A stretch of DNA of 64,000 bases from Callorhinchus milii (Eukaryota), in contig NW_024704745.1 in assembly GCF_018977255.1 (NCBI RefSeq), positions 15,314,001-15,378,000 of the forward strand. Direction: 5' to 3'. The notes under the pieces were generated by a model. It was not told the DNA's origin. It did no database searches and saw only the letters and a program-made list of their open reading frames with translations. Shown one piece after another: positions 1 through 12,404 of the stretch. Both the position numbers and the translations under genes were made by a program. Position 1 is the stretch's first letter. The number at the start of each line of letters is the position of its first letter.

Positions 1-1970
1 AGCGCGAGCTGATTTATGTGTCTCGATCTGACATTGGCGGTCAGGTTTTTCTTGATTGTTAATATTGGCAGTGAGATATTTACCAAAGCTGTACTCTCAA
101 ACGGTGACACAGGTGAGCGATGAGGTTTGCACTCCCTCGTTTTAAACAGCAAAGAGTTGCCATTATTTCTTCGCGCATCTGCTTTAAGGATGAGCGCGAC
201 AATAAAGTGGGTGTACACGTCGATGGGAAGTAGAAGTTTTCAGGACCTGTGTGTCACCCCCCACCCCCTCTCCCCCTCCCTCTCTCCCTCCCCTTACCCA
301 CAAGATGCCCCTCTCACCTTTAATTCCACAGGGAAGAAGTGTGGCTCCGGCAAAGGGCACAGTCCGCGCTGCTCCACGGCGGTCAGTTCGGAAGTCAGGT
401 CCACGAAGCGGCTCAGTTTGCTCTCTCTGGCCATGTGGGCAATGGTCCGCCGGCTGTGCGGAGGACCCGGCGGGTGGCGGGTGGCCGGGCTGGGCTGGTC
501 CGGACCAATGCATCGCTCGCTCTCCAGCCTCTGCCGCAGGGTCTTCAGAGCCACCCACTGGTGGTCGATGCACGTCTGCAAAGCGGCTGCTGGTCTGTGC
601 ATCGTCGAAGCAGCGGCAAAGATTCACTGCTGAGGGATGGGGTGGGATGGTGGGGGTGGGGGTGGGGTGGGGGTGGGTGTGGATCGCTGCAAACTGCACT
701 CCTCAATGAGTGTCTCCCCCCCCCCCCCCACCGCCACCCCCTTGTTTTTGGTACCCCAGATCAGCTAAAAGTTTCTGCTCTCAACAGCCCCCTCACCAAT
801 AGCTTTCTGCCGCGTGTACACCCAAAGCGATAACACTTTTATCACTGGAAGAAGACTTTGCATATATGGAGAGCATTTTTTTTTTTGGGGGGGTGGGATG
901 GAGTTGTCACTCTGGGGGGGCAGTAAAGCTATGCCTTACTTTTCCAGATATGCAGGGTCTTGGGTATTCTTTAAAATATTCTAGGTTTGAGTGATCACAT
1001 TGTTAGTGTCATTTCTGAGCAATATACAAGTGTGCTGATATCTCTCCATCTAAAGTGAACAGTAGCATATCTAAGATTGACTGTTCCCAGCAGATTTTAC
1101 TCAGTCCAAAGCATATCTAATAAAAACAAGTTGCACAATTATATTTCCTCACACACACAATGTCAAATTATTTATTTTGTGTTTGCATGACATTAATTTC
1201 AGCTGAACTAGCATAGAAAAAAGGATACTTTATGAATGCCTGCAGAATTAAATTAATACAAAATCTTACCCTTTTTTCAATGTGTGTGTGGTGAATTGGC
1301 AAAAGATGCATAAACAGTGCAATGACTTGTAAGAAGTACAGTATAAGTAACACTAAGGTGATAAGCATTTCTTAAGAATTTGAAAGTGATGCATAATCCA
1401 TTGGGAACAGCTCCAGCATGTCACCAAAGGTACATGTGATGATGTCCTTACATTGATGGCCTCCTTGTTCAGATTGTTTGAACCTCAGGATCTCTCAGAC
1501 TTTCCAACTAACAGCAACTTGCATTTATACAGCATCCATCACTCAGGGCAGTAACTCGGAGCATCTAAAAGTGGCGGAACCCAAACTGGGGGGAGAGAGG
1601 AGGTGACCGTAAGCACAGTCGAAGAGGAAGCGATCTAAAGAAAGGGGAAGGAGGGGGTAGGTGGGGGGATTGGGGAGAGAGAGTTCCAAAGATTTGGGGG
1701 CAAATAACACATTATCTTACACTAAGAGCAATAAAACCACGATTCCAAATGATTTCTCCTATCTGGGAACTTTTTAAGGAAGCCTTTCAGCATTTCAGTA
1801 GCCTGCAGGTGCGATTCCGAATTGTACAAAGACAACGAAAGTAACAGCTGGTTGACAATGTTCATCAAACAATCTTCGATCTCTTTCAGATCGCCATCAA
1901 GCTGGAAGCCGTCCTTCCTGGTCGCCAAGCGAACGCAGATGTTTCTTAACTCCACGCTGAGCTACAAATC

Positions 1971-2490
1971 AACAACAACAACAACAACAACAAGATTCCA
2001 TTTATAAAGCGCCTTTCACGTCAGGAGGACGTCCCAAGGCGCTGCACAGTTGGGTCATGACCCGAGCAGGGGGGAAATGGTCAGGGTGAGGGGAGGGAAG
2101 GGAGGGAGCGAGGAGGGGGGAAACGGTCAGGGTGAGGGGAGGGAAGGGAGGGAGCGAGGAGGGGGGAAATGGTCAGGGAGAGGGGAGGGAAGGGAGGGAG
2201 CGAGGAGGGGGAAGAGAGTCGAGAGGGGAGCTGAAGGCTCGGTCAAAGAGAAAGGTTTTGAGACCGGCCTTGAAGGAGGAAAGGGAGGAAGCAAGGCGAA
2301 GGCACTGGGGGATGGAGTTCCAGAGCCTGGGGGCTGAGAGGCTGAAGGCCCGACCACCGATGGTAGGGCGGTTGGGGCGGGGGATGTGGAGCAGACCGGA
2401 GCCAGAGGAACGGAGGGTACGGGCAGGTAGGTAGGGGGATAGTAGGTCGGAGAGATAGGAGGGAGCAAGGCCGTGAATGGCCTTGTAATA
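1971..2490 (-). mobile_element. 5'-truncated L2-clade LINE 3' end with (TGT)n tail (copies at 27571-28081 and 37315-37829; empty site at 39916/39917)
   Basis: YKAIHGLAPSYLSDLL...RTLRS...GGRAFSLSAPRLWNSIP...FKAGLKTFLF is the L2 ORF2 C-terminus. Confidence 0.9.
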
Positions 2491-4024
2491 AACAATAAAC
2501 AAATAAACAAGAAGATATATTAGCAAAATGCAAATATTGGATTTGCCAATTTTTGCCAATTCACCACACACACATTGAAAAAAATCAAATGCACAGCGCG
2601 AGCTGATTTATGTGTCTCGATCTGACATTGGCGGTTAGGTTTTTCTTGATTATTAATATTGGCAGTGAGATATTTACCAAAGCTGTACACTCAAACGGTG
2701 ACACAGGTGAGCGAAGAGGTTTGCACTCCCTCGTTTTAAACAGCAAAGAGTTGCCATTATTTCTTCGCGCATCTGCTTTAAGGATGAGCGCGACAATAAA
2801 GTGGGTGTACACGTCGATGGGAAGTAGAAGTTTTCAGGACCTGTGTGTCACCCCCCACCCCCTCTCCCCCTCTCTCCCTCCCCTTACCCACAAGATGCCC
2901 CTCTCACCTTTAATTCCACAGGGAAGAAGTGTGGCTCCGGCAAAGGGCACAGTCCGCGCTGCTCCACGGCGGTCAGTTCGGAAGTCAGGTCCACGAAGCG
3001 GCTCAGTTTGCTCTCTCTGGCCATGTGGGCAATGGTCCGCCGGCTGTGCGGAGGACCCGGCGGGTGGCGGGTGGCCGGGCTGGGCTGGTCCGGGCAGGGC
3101 TGGTCCGGACCAATGCATCGCTCGCTCTCCAGCCTCTGCCGCAGGGTCTTCAGAGCCGCCCACTGGTGGTCGATGCACGTCTGCAAAGCGGCTGCTGGTC
3201 TGTGCATCGTCGAAGCAGCGGCAAAGATTCACTGCTGAGGGATGGGGTGGGATGGTGGGGGTGGGGGTGGGGTGGGAGTGGGTGTGGATCGCTGCAAACT
3301 GCACTCCTCAATGAGTGTCCCCCCCCCCCCCCCCGCCGCCACCCCCTTGTTTTTGGTACCCCAGATCAGCTAAAAGTTTCTGCTCTCATCAGCCCCCTCA
3401 CCAATAGCTTTCTGCCGCGTGTACACCCAAAGCGATAACACTTTTATCACTGGAAGAAGACTTTGCATATATGGAGAGCATTTTTTTTGTGGGGGGTGGG
3501 ATGGGGTGGGGTGGGGGGATGAAAAGAACCAGCAAAGTTACCGACAGGGAGGTTTCCAGTTGCTGGAAGATTTCACCAGCAAATCCCAATTAGGCAGCAA
3601 AGAAAAAAAATACCCCCCCCCCCCCTTCTCCCCCACACCCACCCCCCACACACACATGTTCCATCAATGAGATTTGGTTACATCGAGTTTACATAGCAAT
3701 ACATCTATCTTGAAGCACATGGGTGTTTTGACTGAATCGCCTGAATTAGACGTTATTGCGATCACACCCAGTCTGCACCGCCTGTTTTCGTTCACGAATT
3801 GCTGGTCAATTCAAATGCAAAAATCGAGACGATGGCTTTGGCGTTGTACTTATTCATTGCCAGGAAAGACCCTTTGAAAGAAGCGTCTGGCGCTTCAAGG
3901 GAAGCTGTCTGCAGGAGGTGATAAACTGCTGCAGTTTGATGATCAGCAGCTGAACCGAGATACCTGGATGCAAGGATCACAACTCTCGATTTGATGTACT
4001 GCAATACACTCTGTGGCACAAACT

Positions 4025-4238
4025 GCCACAATAATCCCTCCAAAACCCCAAACAATAATAAATCGGTCATTTTCAACCTACGATTGTCTGTGGGACATTG
4101 CTGTGCCCGCACTTGGCTGCCGCGTTCGCCCACAAATATACAGTCAATTCACTTTACAGTGTGTACTGTGAAGCGCTTTGGGACGTCCTTCCGACGTGAA
4201 AAGCGCTATATCAAATGCAAGGATTATTATTATTATTA
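4025..4238 (+). mobile_element. 5'-truncated SINE within block C (copies ending ~5518, 29826, 31105, 32388, 41641)
   Basis: Matches the 3' two-thirds of the full SINE at 62607, with a (TAT)n tail. Confidence 0.85.
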
Positions 4239-4330
4239 ACAGAAAAAAAATACCGTGCGTGCTAAATATTAGAGGTGCTGCATTAAGTGCCAGGCCCTTG
4301 CAGGGACCGGCCCTTGCAGGGACCGGCCCT

Positions 4331-4709
4331 TGCTCCTCCACCCCCCGCACTGTCTCATGTGGTGTCCCTCAGGGCTCTGTCCTGGGTCCCCTCCTCTTCA
4401 CCCTCTATATGCTCCCCCTCGGTGACATCATCCGCAGACATGGAGTTAACTTCCACATGTATGCGGATGACACCCAACTCTACCTTTCCTCCTCTCCTCT
4501 CAACTCCACGACCACTGATGTCCTGACAGCCTGCCTGTCCGACATCGAGTCCTGGACGAGAGACAACTTTCTTCAGCTCAACGTGCGAAAAACCGAGGCC
4601 CTCCTGATTGGCTCACGTCAGCGCCTCCGCACCTCAGGCGCTGACACCATCAGCTTCCAAGGCTACACTCTCCACCTCTCAAAGCCAGTCAGGAACCTCG
4701 GCGTAATAA
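4331..4709 (+). mobile_element. L2/CR1-group LINE reverse transcriptase fragment (copies at 29919-30297 and 31198-31576)
   Basis: [17 protein letters not shown]...[10 protein letters not shown]...[15 protein letters not shown]...VRNLGV; truncated at both ends. Confidence 0.92.
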
Positions 4710-5572
4710 TACTTTTATCACTGGAAGAAGACTTTGCATACATGGAGAGCATTTTTTTTGTGGTTGGGGGGTGGGGTGGGATGGGGTGGGGTGGGGGGAT
4801 GAAAAGAACCAGCAAAGTTACCGACAGGGAGGTTTCCAGTTGCTAGAAGATTTCACCAGCAAATCCCAATTAGGCAGCAAAGAAACAAAATACCCCCCCC
4901 CCCCCTTCTCCCCCACACCCACCCCCCACACACACATTTTCCATCAATGAGATTTGGTTACATCGAGTTTACATAGCAATACATCTATCTTGAAGCACAT
5001 GGGTGTTTTGACTGAATCGCCTGAATTAGACGTTATTGCGATCACACCCAGTCTGCACCGCCTGTTTTCGTTCACGAATTGCTGGTCAATTCAAATGCAA
5101 AAATCGAGACGATGGCTTTGGCGTTGTACTTATTCATTGCCAGGAAAGACCCTTTGAAAGAAGCGTCTGGCGCTTCAAGGGAAGCTGTCTGCAGGAGGTG
5201 ATAAACTGCTGCAGTTTGATGATCAGCAGCTGAACCGAGATACCTGGATGCAAGGATCACAACTCTCGATTTGATGTACTGCAATACACTCTGTGGCACA
5301 AACTGCCACAATAATCCCTCCAAAACCCCAAACAATAATAAATCGGTCATTTTCAACCTACGATTGTCTGTGGGACATTGCTGTGCCCGCACTTGGCTGC
5401 CGCGTTCGCCCACAAATATACAGTCAATTCACTTTACAGTGTGTTCTGTGAAGCACTTTGGGATGTCCTCCCGACGTGAAAAGCGCTATATCAAATGCAA
5501 GGATTATTATTATTATTAACAGAAAAAAAATACCGTGCGTGCTAAATATTAGAGGTGCTGCATTAAGTTCCA

Positions 5573-5677
5573 GGCCCTTGCAGGGACCGGCCCTTGCAGG
5601 GACCGGCCCTTGCAGGGACCGGCCCTTGCAGGGACCGGCCCTTGCAGGGACCCCCCCCCCCCCCCCCCCCCCCGGGG

Positions 5678-5731
<54 letters not shown>

Positions 5732-5789
5732 CCCTTGCAGGGACCGGCCCTTGCAGGGACCCGGGCCCCTTGCAGGGACCGGCCCTTGC
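5573..5789. repeat. 16-bp satellite start with poly-C runs, running into the gap
   Basis: GGCCCTTGCAGGGACC units interrupted by low-complexity poly-C (5651-5729). Confidence 0.9.
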
Positions 5790-5819
5790 NNNNNNNNNNN
5801 NNNNNNNNNNNNNNNNNNN
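5790..5819. other. Assembly gap (30 N)
   Basis: Run of N. Confidence 1.
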
Positions 5820-6289
5820 CAAGAACCGCAGCCAAGTGGATGCCTAGTGACCTCAACCAAACGCGACACCGAATATAGTAGTCCTAGGCCCTCAATGTAC
5901 CATTGCTGAATCTTGTAAACTGACTCTCAAATTACATCAAGTGCCAGTATTTATAGAAGGGCAAGATGGTTGAATACATGTGAGAAAGCAGGGGAACATT
6001 CATTGTATTTTAATTTTGCTTTAATTGATTTACAAATGCTGCCCTAATACTTTTGAGCATTTTATCATTCCCCATGGTAAGATCAGCAACCAAGAATCAG
6101 AGAGGTTACTTATTTGGGGAGATAATAATCATCCTTGTATTTGATATAGTGCCTTATTACATCCTTCCCCAGTAGTATTTTTAATTAATGTTTTCCCCAG
6201 TGAATTTGTGTGAGGGAGAAATCATGTCCACAATGAAATAACATACACAATTAATTAGATTTGAAAAGACCAGAAGCACAACATCAACG

Positions 6290-6295
6290 TTTATT
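6290..6295 (-). terminator. Candidate TCP1 polyadenylation signal AATAAA
   Basis: AATAAA ~360 nt after the stop, followed by a GU/U-rich tract (CGTTGATGTTGTGCTTCTGGTCTTTT). A second AATAAA is at 6364-6369. Confidence 0.5.
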
Positions 6296-6653
6296 CATGA
6301 AATTAAGGTGGTCTCTTAACAGCTCCCTACATAGATGGGCTGATCACTTGACAACTGTCACATTTTATTTCTGAAGGAGCTTGAAGCACAACTGTCAATG
6401 TACAGGAAATAATTTTGCACAAATAACTTGAAAGAGTTGACTATAGGTAACAAAGTAAGAGGTCTTTTAAATCCGGTTTGTGCCAAATAGCACTAAACAA
6501 GCATAGTAAATTAAACAGAGCACTAAACAAGTGGCACTGAATTTCAGACAAGTATGACAAGCTGCTCAATCTAGAACAGAAGTACAAGAAGCACCTGATG
6601 GATGCCAAGAGTTAAACATAAATTATAATAGCTGATTTTAGAACTCAGGTGCT

Positions 6654-6870
6654 TCAGCCATTAAGCTCTCCACTTTGAACTGCATCTTGGTAACTCTTTC
6701 CTTTGTCTTGCTTTTCATCTGGGTAAAGTTTGATGAGATCATCAATTCGCAGGATGGTTATAGCAGCTTCTGTTGCAAACTTCAGACTCTTGACTTTAAC
6801 CATAGTAGGCTCAAAGACACCAGCTTGTTTGTTGTCCCTTGGCTTCCCATTCAATAAATCAAGACCAATC
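6654..6870 (-). CDS. TCP1: TCP1 exon 12 (coding part, TGA stop)
   Basis: IGLDLLNGKPRDNKQAGVFEPTMVKVKSLKFATEAAITILRIDDLIKLYPDEKQDKGKSYQDAVQSGELNG*, the canonical CCT-alpha C-terminus. Confidence 0.97.
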
Positions 6871-7165
6871 CTGCACAAACAAAATGTGAATTTGATTAAC
6901 ACTGTTTTAATAGCCAGTCACTACAATATTAGTAAAACATTCATAATTTCCGATTGAATTCTGACAACTCAGCCATAAAAGTTACTTTAACAAGATGGAG
7001 AAAATCAATTTTGCACTTTACTGCTATCTGGGGCACCAGGTCACCAAAAATCAATGATTGCTCATGAATTGCAACAATGTTCAAATTTAGTTTCATCGCT
7101 GATTCAGACAACAATGGGTCTCAAGTCACAATCTTTTGCAGACCACAGTACAATAAAATTTTTAC

Positions 7166-7329
7166 CATTTCAAAGTTTTGCGATCAGGATTGACCTGAGC
7201 TTCGTTGTGGAATGCACGCAACTTTGCAACAAGGTCTGTAGAATCCTGAGCAGCATTCACTGCCAGAGTCTTAGGAATAACCAACATGGCCCGGGCAAAT
7301 TCTGCAATGGCAAGTTGTTCACGTGATCC
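7166..7329 (-). CDS. TCP1: TCP1 exon 11
   Basis: GSREQLAIAEFARAMLVIPKTLAVNAAQDSTDLVAKLRAFHNEAQVNPDRKTLK(W); phase-0 start after gtttag; donor GTAAAA; 164 bp. Confidence 0.95.
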
Positions 7330-7753
7330 CTAAACAAAAAGACAACCAACAGTTAAATACATGAAGTACTTTTAACTTATTTTCTTGAAATAATTTTTAA
7401 TACTGCAAATTAATAGGGACAGTAATCCCCGGTTAATCAGCTCAAAGCATACGGTAAAAGTGCCCTCCCCCAATAATCTTGAAATTCATCCTGAATGAAC
7501 AATACCTATTGCTTATATACTGTTATGCAAAACAATATTCATTGCCGACTTAAACCAGGAATAGATGTGACAGTTCTACTTTCATCGGGAAACTGCTTGG
7601 ATTATATTTATATGCACAACAAATTTAATCTGCATCTGTGCAGTCAATATAAAAAAAGATTCAACACAATTACAATCCCAACATCTTTTTCAATTCTGCA
7701 ACATTAACAGTAGCATTGCAAGATACTACACTGTATACATTGGAGATAATTTT

Positions 7754-7884
7754 TTATGTTCAGCTAATGCATTACTGAGAAGACATCAGCAAGGTCTTCA
7801 GTCACACAAGGCTGAATATTCTCTATCCCAAGCGTACAACTGCTCATGCCACAGGTATTAGCAGGGCAGCAAATAAATGGGAGT
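7754..7884 (-). ncRNA. SNORA20: H/ACA snoRNA SNORA20 (ACA20) homolog, downstream of TCP1 exon 9
   Basis: CTCCCATTTATTTGCTGC...GAGCAGTTGTACGCTTGGGAT closely resembles human SNORA20 as recalled. H box AGAGAA, second hairpin, ACA plus 3 nt; ~131 nt. TCP1 is the known host gene. Confidence 0.88.
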
Positions 7885-7911
7885 TCAGTAAGTTGTACAT
7901 GTTTTTCTTAC

Positions 7912-8035
7912 TTTTTAACAAGTATCAGTTCATCATCGCATATCCTTTCTTGAACCACCTCCTCAGCCTGGCCCACTAAAGAGGGATCAAAACTCTCATC
8001 TCCTTCCAAGTTTGCAAGTGTTGAACAGATAGTTG
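7912..8035 (-). CDS. TCP1: TCP1 exon 9
   Basis: ATICSTLANLEGDESFDPSLVGQAEEVVQERICDDELILVK(AA|gtaag, phase 2); 124 bp. Confidence 0.95.
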
Positions 8036-8800
8036 CTATAAACAAAAACAGGTAAAAATCATCAGAATAGGTTTCTCAGTCCAAGACACCCTTTTCTGAT
8101 TTACGTACTTTTAACACTTCAACAAAATTACATTTGTATAGCGCTTTTCATGTCGGGAGGACGTCAGAATCACGAGGAAAATTCCAGCTGATTCCGAATG
8201 CCACCCTTTCAAAATTGAATGACATTAATATTGGACATTAAACTCGATAGCTTGTCACTCCAAGGGTAAAGAGCTGAGCAATAAGTTATCTGGAGTAGCG
8301 AGTTTGATATAGGTCCTCCCAGCTGCTCCGTGGCTTTTGGCCCTATCCTGTCACACGACAAGATGTAAGACAGCGTAGGAGGCCACGGCTTAGCCCCTGC
8401 AACGCATCTGAGCATAGGCACCCAACCTCCGCTACCAATCACAGCATCGGGCTGGAGGCCTTTGTAATGCAAGATGCCATATTACAGAACGAGTTATCAG
8501 ATCAATTTTCGACTAAGAAGATAGCGAATAAGCTATTTTCTGCTCGCTGGATTCAAACAATCTGAGTCAGTCAGTATCACTAGCCACTATGAATGTCAGC
8601 ACAGACAGAGGCTACTCAGTGCACCATTGATCCGCGCTAGGAGTTGGGCCCACAGAATAAAATTAATGTTTTTGGTTTTGGGCCTCGTCCAACCAGGTCG
8701 GAATTCCGGATAACTGGAGTCCAATAAGGCAGCGGATCACTAGTTTGAAAGTATATATAATTCACAACAGTAACCTAGTAAAAAAAAATGCTGCACTTAC

Positions 8801-8976
8801 CTCCACTGGCCTTAGCAATTCGTCTGAGGTCTTTCTTCAGACAACGGCGTACTGCCATGGCACCAGCCTCCACAAAATATTTTAGACACATATCATCAAT
8901 GCCACCAGCAGTCAGAATGACATTGACACCTGTGGCCAGAATCTTCTGAATTCTCTCTTTGGTGATATCAGACTCT
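8801..8976 (-). CDS. TCP1: TCP1 exon 8
   Basis: ESDITKERIQKILATGVNVILTAGGIDDMCLKYFVEAGAMAVRRCLKKDLRRIAKASG; acceptor tttcag, donor GTAAGT; 176 bp. Confidence 0.95.
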
Positions 8977-9337
8977 CTGAAAGCAAAACAAGTTCATCAC
9001 TACCTACAAAGCTATTTTACAAACATAAGATTATAAATACAAAAAAGACACCTCAAAGTGTGCATATTCACAATTATCAGAAAACAGGATAGATCAAATT
9101 TTCATGTGGTAGAGAGGAAATATTTAGTTAAGAGCAAGCTGCGGCTCTCAGCGCGGACACCAAATATCAGCTTGGCACAGATCACTGGCAGTCACATTCA
9201 TAGTTAAGGATTACTGACTCAACATCATTATATCATTGACGGGATATACAGTCGACAACAAATAATTCTAAATGGAGTGTAATGTGCCACACTAATTAAA
9301 ACTATTTTAAATCAATTTGAAATACTAAAGGACCATT

Positions 9338-9466
9338 TAGTGTCAAGCTCACATATTACTGTAGCAACACTACAGTGTTCTTCAGTTACATGAGATGAGT
9401 ATTGTGTGTTCCAAGGGTAAAATTGCTCACAAGACTGACATCAGCACAGCAGCAAATAAATTGGAG
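9338..9466 (-). ncRNA. Second SNORA20-like H/ACA snoRNA in TCP1 intron 7
   Basis: CTCCAATTTATTTGCTGC...TGAGCAATTTTACCCTTGGAAC-ACACAA(H box)-...ACTGAAGA...CAGTAATATGTGAGCTTG-ACA-CTA; colinear with the 7754-7884 copy. Confidence 0.75.
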
Positions 9467-9847
9467 GAAAACTATGTGGTTTGGATATTTAAAAAATGTT
9501 CTATTACAATGAGTGGAAAACAACGGGAAGTGGAATTAATGGAAACTACATTACATATAGCTCAGTTGTGCTTTTGGAAAGAGATAAAATAAATAATGGT
9601 TTCTAATTGCTGAAGTCTCCTGTCTACTTACACTTGTGGAACTGTCACCTGTTAAGTCAGTGTTTAAGGAAGAGTATTTGCACATTCTTGCTAACCACTC
9701 TAAATATCAAGGTAGGATTTCCAATATATCACTACAATTACAACATGAATCACTAAATATAACTTTAAAAATCCTTATGCTAATCTGAGAATAAATTACT
9801 AAAGAGAAGTCTAATTTAGAGTTACATCCCATTAACTTCCATCATAC

Positions 9848-9974
9848 CTCTGTCTGATCTGGTCCAATTTTTCTGGGTCATTGATAACAATTTGAACACC
9901 CAGCTTCATTTTCGTCTTTTGCAGGCTGAAGTCCAGACATGCAATTTTAGCATTAATCACTCTTTTGACCATTC
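9848..9974 (-). CDS. TCP1: TCP1 exon 7
   Basis: MVKRVINAKIACLDFSLQKTKMKLGVQIVINDPEKLDQIRQ(R); acceptor ttttag, donor GTATGA; 127 bp. Confidence 0.95.
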
Positions 9975-10957
9975 CTAAAAAGAACATTTCAATTAACTTC
10001 ATTTCATTTGGTTTAAATTAAAACTTCAGGACTATTTAAATCAACACATAGAGCAGTGTAAATAAATGAATTATCTGGTGGTCACTTTATAGTTATACAA
10101 CACAAAAGAAAATTGCTTGCCAGGTTAAGGACTTACTGACAACTCTAAGTCCCATTGATGAATAAGGCAAGATGATATCAACATGGATCACTGTACATCT
10201 CCCTTCCTTCACTTGGCTTGCCTCATCAGAAGCAGTTCAATCCTCAGGAGTTTCCGTTTAACCTTCCCACCACCAGTTATTTTTAAGATACAGTCCTCAT
10301 TTTATCAGTTTCAATGAGTAAAGGGTTGAGGGGGCCCATTGGGATTTTAAACCAGAATTTTCAACCAACTGACACTTGAGAAGTTGTATAAAATGTCTCA
10401 AACTACTTCAAGCAAGCATTCATTCTGAAATTACCTTGAACTCTACAAGATTAATATAAGAAAACAAAGTTTAACAATATTTTCAAAAATAAATGGAGCA
10501 ATGATTATTAAAGAGTGGCAAGGAAGAGCATTCAAGTTTTTATACTTTACTATATTTTATTTCTACTATACTTTAGTAGAAATAACAGCCTGCTCCCAAG
10601 CAGTCATTGCTCCCTATAATCTTCAAAAAAAATAATAATTTGGGCACTCAATCTATGACTGTTCGTGGGACACTGCTGTGCGCAATTGGCTGCCACGTTT
10701 TGCCCACAAATTATAGTCAATTCATTTACAGTATATTCTGTGAAGCGCTTTGAGACACTATATCAAATGCAAGGATTATATGCTGAGAGCAATTTTCAAA
10801 ACAAAAAGAAACTACTAGTAACTTTCATTTTAAATTTATATTTTAAATTTGCTCTCATTATAAAGTTTAATATAACCTGTACAAATTATTCTTGATAAGA
10901 TTATTAAAACTACTAGTATTCATTACAAATAACCAGTATTAAACAGACATTTCCTTA

Positions 10958-12404
<1,447 letters not shown>

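Larger units (their letters stand above)
1..5572. repeat. Further copy of the same amplicon (blocks A-B-A-C-C)
   Basis: Position 1 matches 2596, 28187, 37935 and 40007; ORFs 1168/1722/3674/4954 are paralogous to those at 26.7-32 kb and 39-41 kb. Confidence 0.97.

Noticed and set aside
4178-4846. 222-aa RT-containing ORF as an intact gene (also 29766 and 31045)
   Set aside because: A chimera of SINE tail, satellite seed, partial LINE RT and amplicon DNA; RT motifs upstream of GVPQGS and the endonuclease are missing.
5651-5729. Long poly-C / polyproline tract
   Set aside because: Adjacent to the N-gap inside the satellite; most likely low-quality base calls.
5820-6650. ACAT2 3' end overlapping TCP1 as in mammals
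   Set aside because: No thiolase-like coding sequence is seen on the plus strand before the gap.
10391-10499. Possible fifth H/ACA snoRNA in TCP1 intron 6 (starts CTCCATTTATTT, ends ACA-TTT on the minus strand)
   Set aside because: Only ~109 nt, with no good first hairpin and no well-placed ANANNA box; either chance or a heavily decayed copy.
10557-10585. Perfect 12-bp hairpin (also shorter ones at ~11508-11544, ~12801-12821, ~54074-54097)
   Set aside because: Short isolated stems with no supporting context; not distinguishable from chance or local slippage.
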